Positions 1 to 7,887 of a stretch of 64,000 nucleotides of DNA are shown here, piece after piece; within the stretch, counting starts at the first letter, position 1, and every line of letters starts with the position of its first letter. The notes under the pieces are model-generated. The model made no database searches and was not told where the DNA came from. It saw only the letters and a program-made list of their open reading frames with translations. This stretch comes from a virus. Taxonomy: Duplodnaviria; Caudoviricetes. Location: the IMG/VR virus record IMGVR_UViG_3300027740_000003, positions 320,001 to 384,000 of that record; one strand, written 5' to 3'. A program made the position numbers and the translations under genes.

Positions 1-1060
1 ATGGCTCTGATTTGTTGAATGGCCGCTTTGTTTCGGCAGGTTCATCCGGAGGAGGGAAATAATCATCTTCTAAAATAGATTCACGAGATTGTGAAACCGG
101 AACGCCAGGAACAGCTTTTCCAGCCGGAGCACCAACTCCACCACTCTCAACAGAAGACTGTGGAACTGTTGGTTGTTTTTTTTGTTCTTGGTGTCTATGA
201 ACCATATCTAACATTAGATCTGCAAGAGCCTTTCCAGAAACATCTCTGCCTAATGTTTGAACTCTTTCATCTTGTTCGTTCTGTTTCGCAACATCAATTA
301 TTGGCTGAATAGCTGTAAATGCTTTTAATACGTCATTGCCATATTGTGGTTGCAGTTTAGCAATTTCATCCAATCCAGCAATCCAATCACCAATCATTCC
401 TTTGGTCCTTGCCATTCCCATTCTATCAAATATAGCAAGCATATTTGTGGCAAATTGCTCAGCTTTATTCACCGCGTTCTCTACCGGGCCCCGAAACTTC
501 TTTATCTCATTTTGCCAACTCTTCTGTAAAGGATCTCCAAACAAAGATCTATACATTCCTTGCAAAAACTGTGCTTCTTTCTTTATTTCCACACAGTTAT
601 CAGAAATTATTTCGGCAGCTTTCTGTTGTGATGCTTGGTGTCCTCTTAAAACCTCCATATAATCCATTGCTTGCGGATTATATTGTTTTCCATATTGCCT
701 ATATAATGCAGATCTAAGTGTTTTAACAACATCTGAGGAGCCTGCTAATATTTCTTGAGCAATTACGTTTACAACCGCTGCATAATATAAAGCATCAATT
801 AGTCTATTTTCTTTTAAAGCCTTTTTGGATTCAACAATAGCATCTCTAACACTAATATCTATAGCAGAATCTTTTCCAAGAGCTATTGCACGAACAACAT
901 CATCAGCTGCCCTTAGCTGTTCCATCATATCTTTATAATTGGAAAATAGCCATTCGGACACACCTCTTCCCGCACCGCTTAATGGATTAGTTAAATGTGT
1001 TCTCCACTTCTTATATTCCTGAGCATTTATAATTAAACCATTCCTGGCAAATTTTTCCAT
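1..1060 (-). CDS. Probable virion/morphogenesis protein, partial (runs off the window start); not in ORF track
   Basis: Read by hand: ATG at 1060 behind GGAGAG SD, open frame (MEKFARNGLIINAQEY...VEIKKEAQFL...) with no stop down to base 2; directly downstream of portal. Confidence 0.75.
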   Translation of the reverse strand, partial: MEKFARNGLIINAQEYKKWRTHLTNPLSGAGRGVSEWLFSNYKDMMEQLRAADDVVRAIALGKDSAIDISVRDAIVESKKALKENRLIDALYYAAVVNVIAQEILAGSSDVVKTLRSALYRQYGKQYNPQAMDYMEVLRGHQASQQKAAEIISDNCVEIKKEAQFLQGMYRSLFGDPLQKSWQNEIKKFRGPVENAVNKAEQFATNMLAIFDRMGMARTKGMIGDWIAGLDEIAKLQPQYGNDVLKAFTAIQPIIDVAKQNEQDERVQTLGRDVSGKALADLMLDMVHRHQEQKKQPTVPQSSVESGGVGAPAGKAVPGVPVSQSRESILEDDYFPPPDEPAETKRPFNKSEP

Positions 1061-1110
1061 AAGACTCTCCTACATATTAGACGAAAATAATACCAGGAAA
1101 AATTTGCTAA

Positions 1111-2955
1111 TTATACCGGTGGAGCAGGTGGACCTCCTGCTGGCGGACCGCCTAAACCTCCACCCCCTCCCATCGGTGGAGGAGACGTTAATCCTCCCCC
1201 TAATCCACCACCAAGGCCTCCTCCGCCTCCTAGTCCCATATCCATTCCACCACCTAATCCCCCAGCTCCACCAGGTGGTTGAACAGCTTGATCATATGCT
1301 GTCTCTCCAGGCAACGGACTATCTATAATCTCCTGAATCTCATCATCATCACCAATGCTTCGGAGATCATTAAGCCCCATCCTTTGAAGGGCCTCCATCT
1401 CCTTGGCCTGTATAATTAACTCTATATTCTCTCTTCGAATATGCCTTACCTCTTCCTCATACTCTAGTCCAAGAGATTTATACATTGTCTGCAACGAAAC
1501 TTTCCTAGGTTCCTGTTGAATTAAATTATATAAATTCTGAATATAATCACCCATATCAAATAATGACATGTGATTCCACTCAACATCAGGAACAATAAGC
1601 CTTTTCTGTCCATCAACAATATCATAGAAATCATTCATTTTAGATATTGGAGCAAATATTTTTCTGCGCAACCATGTGCTTAACATGTTTCTGAATTGCA
1701 TATATCTCTGTCTTAATACGTCTAAAGATACCCCTCCATTCGCATACGTCACGTCTGCCCCACCATCCATAATAACCTGTGGAACCATCAGTCCTATATA
1801 AATCAACTTAATAAGCCGTTCAATATCACCAGAAATATCATAAATGCCAGCACCAAAACCAACAGGCTCAACTGATACCGCATCATGTGTAAATATCTTA
1901 AAATCCTTAGAATAACTTGCCTCTTCGAATACTTGACGCCATGGTTCAAGATCTGCCGGTGTTGGTTTGTAATTTTCTCCACCACCACCTATCTTTATTA
2001 ATGTGAGCGGGTTGATAAACTGTGAAGCCTGTACATATTTTGACTCATAAAGCTGGTCAAAAAGCATTAAAGCTCTAAAACAACTTACTGGCAATCCGGT
2101 TCCTCTTACCTCATAAGGAGCTATCCTCCTAGCAATATGAGATACATAAAAATTGCTTAAAGGAATATTTTCTCCTTTTCTAACATGTTCTATAATGCTA
2201 GGGTCGATCTGTTGTCTCTGATATAAATCAGACGGCCTATTGCCAGTTATTATCTTCCTTAAATTCTCATCCGGCCTTAAAGACATAACCGGTTCACCAG
2301 CAATTACATTGCGCCTAACATCTATAAAATCAGGATTCTGAATTGTTATTCTACTCCATTTTGCAGTATTTTGATCTAATTCTGCATAAGGAAATGCTTC
2401 ACCTAGAGTCCAATATTCTTGTGCTATTTGCGTACATACATTCATTAAATCTATTTCATCAATCATATTTTCAAAAAATGCATTAACTTTAGAATTTTTA
2501 CATTTTATATTTAATTTAGATATAGGATAGGTAGAATGTAAAGAAATAGCATTTTGAACAATAGGATTTAATGCAAAAAAACTTCTACACCAAGCATTAA
2601 TTGTTGCTTTATCTCTTGGCAGGTTTAGGTTGCTAAGCAGCCAAAGAGGAGAATAAACCTCGGGCATCATTCTATCAGTGCCACCAGAACCACGATATCC
2701 AGATCCAGTTCCTGAATTTGAATCAAATACTCCCGCAGTTTTTACCCTAGATCCAAGAACTGTTCCTAATGTTGTTTTATTAAACTCATCTGTAAAATTT
2801 CTACCTACAGGATCCCCACGAAACTTTCCCGACTCAATTTCTTCCTCTAAAACTTCTCTACGATATTGAGATACAGAACGCGCCATCCTCTCTGTAGCCT
2901 GTGGAGATACTCCTTTCTTCTTTGCTAAATATTGCTCAGAATTTGTTTTGATCAT
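1111..2955 (-). CDS. Phage portal protein
   Basis: 614 aa, immediately downstream of terminase (apart from the TnpB insert); portal-like segment NPIVQNAISLHSTYP...IAQEYWTLGEAFPY and RGTGLPVSCFRALM; Gly/Pro-rich C-tail. Confidence 0.75.
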   Translation of the reverse strand: MIKTNSEQYLAKKKGVSPQATERMARSVSQYRREVLEEEIESGKFRGDPVGRNFTDEFNKTTLGTVLGSRVKTAGVFDSNSGTGSGYRGSGGTDRMMPEVYSPLWLLSNLNLPRDKATINAWCRSFFALNPIVQNAISLHSTYPISKLNIKCKNSKVNAFFENMIDEIDLMNVCTQIAQEYWTLGEAFPYAELDQNTAKWSRITIQNPDFIDVRRNVIAGEPVMSLRPDENLRKIITGNRPSDLYQRQQIDPSIIEHVRKGENIPLSNFYVSHIARRIAPYEVRGTGLPVSCFRALMLFDQLYESKYVQASQFINPLTLIKIGGGGENYKPTPADLEPWRQVFEEASYSKDFKIFTHDAVSVEPVGFGAGIYDISGDIERLIKLIYIGLMVPQVIMDGGADVTYANGGVSLDVLRQRYMQFRNMLSTWLRRKIFAPISKMNDFYDIVDGQKRLIVPDVEWNHMSLFDMGDYIQNLYNLIQQEPRKVSLQTMYKSLGLEYEEEVRHIRRENIELIIQAKEMEALQRMGLNDLRSIGDDDEIQEIIDSPLPGETAYDQAVQPPGGAGGLGGGMDMGLGGGGGLGGGLGGGLTSPPPMGGGGGLGGPPAGGPPAPPV

Positions 2956-4130
2956 GAACTATCCTTTGTTTTAAAACATAGATTACCTTTTGATATAATC
3001 TCAAGGCTTTTTAATTCGGACAATTCCTGACCGAATACTGTCTCTAATCCTTTTATCAATATATTCTTAGCTGCGTTTATATCTCTATCATGCAATGTTC
3101 CACATGTGGAACATTGCCATTCCCTATCAGAAAGAGATAACTCTTGATGAATCTTTCCACAAACATGACATCTCTTTGAACTTGGTTCAAATCGATTGAT
3201 TTGAACCAATGTTCTTCCATACCATTTTGCTTTATATTTCATCATTGCAACAAATTTGCTCCAAGAAACATCTCCGATGTTTCTTGACATTACTGAAGGA
3301 GATTTCTCCAAAAGAGATTTTACATTAAGATCTTCTAAACATATTACGTGGTTATTGTTAATAATATTAGAAGATAATTTATGTAAGAAATCATCTCTTT
3401 TATTGCAAATCTTTTCATGTAATAAAGCAATTCTTAGTTTTAGTTTGTTATAATTATTTGATCCTTTTATTTTGTTAGATAATAATTGTTGTAATCTTTC
3501 TAAATGTTTTAGTTCTTTATTATAGAATTTAGGATTATCTATTTTAGAACCATCAGAAAAAGTAGTAAAAGTTTTTATACCTAAATCTATTCCTATATAA
3601 TTTGGACCTAAAGTCTTTTCAGGAAGTTTATTTCCGTCCTCAACTAGAATAGAAATGAAATATTTATCAGTAGGTGTTTTAGAGACAGTACAAGTTTTAA
3701 TTTTTCCCTCAAATCTTCTATCAATTCTTGCTGCAATATTTTTAATTTTTGGCAATTTAATAATGTCTTTTGAGAAATTTACTTTAACTCCTTGAGGAAT
3801 TGAATAAGATTGTTTTAAATATTTATTTTTAAATCTAGGGAAAGAAGTTCTTTTCTCAAAAAATCCTTTATAAGCCCAACACATATGTCCAACCTCTTGT
3901 TGAAGAGCTTGCGATGAAACATCATATAACCAACTATATTCATTTTTAAGATCTTTTAAAAATCCAGAAATAATATCAAAACATGATAGGTTAATTTTAT
4001 TTTTATTATAAGTTTCTCGCTTGGCTTCTAAAGTTTTATTATAAACAAATCTACAACAACCAAAAGTCTTCGCAAAGAAAACTTTTTGTTCTTTAGTAGG
4101 ATAAAGTCTATATTTATAAGATTTTAACAT
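2952..4130 (-). CDS. tnpB: RNA-guided endonuclease TnpB (IS200/IS605 or IS607 family)
   Basis: N-terminal KSYKYRLYPTKEQ...FGCCRFVYN; RuvC motifs IGIDLG, ICLEDL, DRDINAAKNIL; Zn ribbon CHVC...CSTC. Confidence 0.95.
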   Translation of the reverse strand: MLKSYKYRLYPTKEQKVFFAKTFGCCRFVYNKTLEAKRETYNKNKINLSCFDIISGFLKDLKNEYSWLYDVSSQALQQEVGHMCWAYKGFFEKRTSFPRFKNKYLKQSYSIPQGVKVNFSKDIIKLPKIKNIAARIDRRFEGKIKTCTVSKTPTDKYFISILVEDGNKLPEKTLGPNYIGIDLGIKTFTTFSDGSKIDNPKFYNKELKHLERLQQLLSNKIKGSNNYNKLKLRIALLHEKICNKRDDFLHKLSSNIINNNHVICLEDLNVKSLLEKSPSVMSRNIGDVSWSKFVAMMKYKAKWYGRTLVQINRFEPSSKRCHVCGKIHQELSLSDREWQCSTCGTLHDRDINAAKNILIKGLETVFGQELSELKSLEIISKGNLCFKTKDSS

Positions 4131-4205
4131 TTTTTAAATTTTTACCAATTTATAGAAATATACAAAAATATTAATTATATAAATTTTGCACTTGGGGTTG
4201 ATCAT
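2956..4205 (-). mobile_element. Non-autonomous TnpB-only insertion element (no tnpA) on the portal start codon
   Basis: 8-bp direct repeat ATGATCAA (minus strand) at 4198-4205 and 2948-2955; removing the interval gives GAGG-catataatt-ATGATCAAAACA..., an intact SD plus portal start. Confidence 0.65.
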
Positions 4206-4233
4206 AATTATATGCCTCAATATCTATATAACA

Positions 4234-6108
4234 TCACCTGAACGGACAATAACCGACAATTGCAGGAATTTTCTCCGGCCCTCTCTTGTCAAATGGTCCT
4301 TTCTTATTATCAGAAAATCCTCCTGATACCCAGAATTTATATGCCAAATAAGCATTAACCAAAGCCATCATGCCGTCATTTGGCGTAGATCCTTTAATAA
4401 ATCTCCTAACAGGCTCGTTTACCACGTTAAATGTAGTTTTTACTTCCATTGAAGCACAATGGTCTATTAACCAAGATATCTTGTCATATCCAGAATTTTC
4501 CCCTCTAGCTCCACCCAATGGAAATCTTATTAACCCACGTTTCATTACATTAAATACTTCTTCAATATAATATTCTCTTTCTGCTTTTATTAAATGAGGA
4601 AATGAATCTGTATATAATTTAGCTTTACCAGTTAATTTCCCTGCAAGTTCACAACCAAGGAACCTGTCTCCATATTCTCTCTGCAAATCTTCTGTAAGTT
4701 CATGGGCAAATCCAATATCTCCTATGGCCTGGACTATACTGTATTTCCTCATAACTTCATGAATATAATTTCTTTTATATTCATTGTCATTTTTTTTAAC
4801 AATTCCAGCATAATCAATAACTAATCTTCCAGGACCGTCTTCTCTTAAAACAACACAAGTAGAATAAGATTGACCACCTGCTCTTCTTGCCTCTTCTTTC
4901 CCAACCTGATCTTCATCAGATCTCTTTCCCCAGTCAAATCCGGCAAATACTTTTGCTTCCTCAGACCTTGGTATAGTTGCCCGCATACATCTCTTCGAAT
5001 CTCCACATTTTTCAATAATTTCTTCTTTTGAAATCGGACCCATATCACCAGTATAAAATTCTCCCAAAACCTCATTCATATAAGCCCGCTCCGTGTTAAC
5101 AAGGCTTTTTTCCGGTTTTTCATCATCCATTGCTTCTCTGGTAAATCGAGGATTATAAAGCTGATTAATGTGATACCCAATCATAGAAACGTTAGGATCG
5201 TCATCGTCTCTGGTTCCTATCCATTTGCCCCTTTCTGCTGCTTCTCTTTTATCTTGAATATGATTGCATTCTGGACACTGAACCATAAATCCATAAATCC
5301 ATATCTTTTCCCAATCATTGCTTCCTGGTGTATAAAGTGGAAAATGTTTGCCACAATTTTCACAACCAAGATAATAATATTTCTGACTAGACTCTGTCCA
5401 CATTTTATAATAATGAGAGCTTTTGCTTCTTGGGGTACCAAAATAAACCTGTACTCCTTTTGTTGGCTTTCCATATTGAGCCTGAGTACACATCTTATTT
5501 ATATTCGCAATGGCAGTCTGCATGATTGACTGAATCTCATCAAAAAGAATAATATCAACGGTACCACCCATCAACCTGTCCCCATCAATTCCAGTAGACT
5601 CAATACGAACGAAATTACCACCTTCAAATTGTTTATACTGCAACGAATTATTTGTTGGAGACGTCTTGTCTAATTTGGATTCAATAATAGAAATAGACCT
5701 AGATCCTTTGGTTAAACCAGAAGGAATAGATCCTTTAATCATTGAATTGAATTTGGTTTTTGCATATAAATGAACGTGAACCAATGTTGGGAACAAATGA
5801 ATAACTCTTACTGGTGGCTTTCCTCCCCGGCCAAATATACCAGATGCCATAAAATAAAGTTCAAGTGCCGCGGCCATGGTTGTTGCTCCAACCTGCCGTC
5901 CCTTGACCAATATAATAGGTTTTGAATTAGCGCTTAGGGCACTTATGCCTATCTGCCTATAGATGTCTGCAAATGGCTTGTAGCCGTTCCCATGCACTCT
6001 GAATGGAAATCCGTCTAATGTAAGGTTCTGTTCACAGAACATAACAGGGTCTACACTTGAAATCCCTGATTTTAATTGTTCGAATACATTTATTTCTTTT
6101 TGTTGCAT
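4234..6108 (-). CDS. Terminase large subunit
   Basis: Walker A region KGRQVGATT, Walker B ILFDE, GTP coupling motif, CENC/CPEC Zn ribbon (GpA-like), nuclease AGFDWG and DGMMAL. Confidence 0.92.
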   Translation of the reverse strand: MQQKEINVFEQLKSGISSVDPVMFCEQNLTLDGFPFRVHGNGYKPFADIYRQIGISALSANSKPIILVKGRQVGATTMAAALELYFMASGIFGRGGKPPVRVIHLFPTLVHVHLYAKTKFNSMIKGSIPSGLTKGSRSISIIESKLDKTSPTNNSLQYKQFEGGNFVRIESTGIDGDRLMGGTVDIILFDEIQSIMQTAIANINKMCTQAQYGKPTKGVQVYFGTPRSKSSHYYKMWTESSQKYYYLGCENCGKHFPLYTPGSNDWEKIWIYGFMVQCPECNHIQDKREAAERGKWIGTRDDDDPNVSMIGYHINQLYNPRFTREAMDDEKPEKSLVNTERAYMNEVLGEFYTGDMGPISKEEIIEKCGDSKRCMRATIPRSEEAKVFAGFDWGKRSDEDQVGKEEARRAGGQSYSTCVVLREDGPGRLVIDYAGIVKKNDNEYKRNYIHEVMRKYSIVQAIGDIGFAHELTEDLQREYGDRFLGCELAGKLTGKAKLYTDSFPHLIKAEREYYIEEVFNVMKRGLIRFPLGGARGENSGYDKISWLIDHCASMEVKTTFNVVNEPVRRFIKGSTPNDGMMALVNAYLAYKFWVSGGFSDNKKGPFDKRGPEKIPAIVGYCPFR

Positions 6109-6118
6109 CTTTACCTGC

Positions 6119-6757
6119 TCACTTGGAAGCAGGCATCAAACTCATAAATGCATCGTCTTGTGGAACATCTTCCTTTCCTACATTCTTTCCTAGATAAGGA
6201 CTCTGAACCGCAGGTGATACCATTGACCTGGCTTCCAATATTAAATTACTTAGAAATTCTTCAACTTCTACCGTCCTGACATCAGACGGGTCTACCCTAA
6301 ATAAATGCTCAATATCATGCTGTAGTTGTGGAACTGAGGCCGATAATCCATGAACATTATCTATATAGTTCTTGATATATGTTATTATTGTATTAAAATC
6401 ATATTTTTTTAATGACTCTGGAACCTCATCTTCTTCCATTATCTGAGCTACAATCTTTTTAAATTTATTGCTATCATCCTGCTGTATTTTGCTAAGATAT
6501 GAATTTAACCCAGTCCTGTTCCTCATGTCTTCTACAGCATCATCTACAGTAGCATAGCGAGGTTTTGTTGCTTTTATATTGTTTATTTCACTAACAATAG
6601 ATTGACGGCTTCTAGCCTGTTCAACAGCGCTATGTTGCTGTCTAGCCATTTGATCAACAACTCGATGCATCCATGGTGTTAGATTATCATAGCTCTCTTT
6701 CTCATAGCCAGAATCTTCATCACTAATTCTATTTACTCCAGAATATCCTCTAGGCAT
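6119..6757 (-). CDS. Hypothetical protein, morphogenesis module
   Basis: 212 aa ORF co-oriented, abutting neighbours. Confidence 0.6.
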   Translation of the reverse strand: MPRGYSGVNRISDEDSGYEKESYDNLTPWMHRVVDQMARQQHSAVEQARSRQSIVSEINNIKATKPRYATVDDAVEDMRNRTGLNSYLSKIQQDDSNKFKKIVAQIMEEDEVPESLKKYDFNTIITYIKNYIDNVHGLSASVPQLQHDIEHLFRVDPSDVRTVEVEEFLSNLILEARSMVSPAVQSPYLGKNVGKEDVPQDDAFMSLMPASK

Positions 6758-6969
6758 TATAATTTCCTTAGTTTAAATTCAAAGTCCCTTGCTAATGCAT
6801 CCATCTTCCCGCCAGGAATGATCCCCAATCCCATTGTATCAATATATGGAAAAACACCTTCTCCCTCTGTATCAATTACATCACCTTCCAGCAATTGTTC
6901 AAATTGATCTAGGGTCATATTTTTTGCAGCAAGAATGTCTCCAACTGTAGTATCTTCTGTAATTCTCAT
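6757..6969 (-). CDS. Hypothetical protein
   Basis: 70 aa, TAATG overlap with downstream gene, GAGG SD. Confidence 0.55.
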   Translation of the reverse strand: MRITEDTTVGDILAAKNMTLDQFEQLLEGDVIDTEGEGVFPYIDTMGLGIIPGGKMDALARDFEFKLRKL

Positions 6970-6979
6970 AATTCCTCAA

Positions 6980-7858
6980 TTATGCATGATAGTTTGCATT
7001 CCAGTCATAGTTATCTGAACTGGTTATATCTACATCGTCATCCCTCAAATGTCCTCTGTCCATTCTCACAGCATAACCCATGTTATCTAACAATTCTAAT
7101 ACAGAAGCTTGTTCTCTAACATTTAGACCATATTTTTTAACCTGATCTTCAAAAATTCTTTCTATATCATGTCCTCCAGAAACCATACCATTGATACAAA
7201 CCTTAGCGATTCTGGCTAAAAGAATATCAACAGTGATTGTGGTCCTATTAACTCCAGAAATTTTCTGAGCCTCTTTAACTATCATATCCTGATACTCTGT
7301 AGAACTCTTTATCTTCTTTTTCTTTCCTCCAGCTGAAAGTCTTTCAAGCCGTTCTTTAAGTCTCTTCAAACCTTCTCTAATCTCTTTTCTGGCATTTTCT
7401 ACCTGAGATATATCTAACTCATCCTTTAAATCGCTTCTAACGGCTCTAGAAATAGCACTATCTAATCTTTCCAAGAAAGCAATTGCCCTTTCCACACCAG
7501 ACGTTTCATGTCCATGATATTTTGGAATAGAACCAAACATTCCTTGGAGCCAAGGTAAAAATTGAGCCAATCCGCCGGATTCCCAGTCCCATTTGTCTCT
7601 TTCAGCAACTTCAGCTTCGTCTTCTGCCTCTTCTACATCTATTTCCTCTTCAATTTCATCATCAAATTCTGCACCTGGAAGTTTTGGCAGAGAGAAATTG
7701 AATGTAATAGGCTCATCGTCATTTATTTGAAGCATTACTTGGCCTTCGCCATCTTCTATTTCATCTCCCACAGAAAGATCATTATCATCCACAAGAGATA
7801 CTTCTGGCTCGTCTTCCCAAATGTTTTCTTCTAATTGTGCTGTTTTTGCAAGGCTCAT
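6980..7858 (-). CDS. Acidic hypothetical virion/scaffold-like protein
   Basis: 292 aa, very acidic N-half, KTAQ and KEAQ motifs, in head module. Confidence 0.55.
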   Translation of the reverse strand: MSLAKTAQLEENIWEDEPEVSLVDDNDLSVGDEIEDGEGQVMLQINDDEPITFNFSLPKLPGAEFDDEIEEEIDVEEAEDEAEVAERDKWDWESGGLAQFLPWLQGMFGSIPKYHGHETSGVERAIAFLERLDSAISRAVRSDLKDELDISQVENARKEIREGLKRLKERLERLSAGGKKKKIKSSTEYQDMIVKEAQKISGVNRTTITVDILLARIAKVCINGMVSGGHDIERIFEDQVKKYGLNVREQASVLELLDNMGYAVRMDRGHLRDDDVDITSSDNYDWNANYHA

Positions 7859-7887
7859 TGTTTTCCCTAAATGTGGCTATTCTCTAA

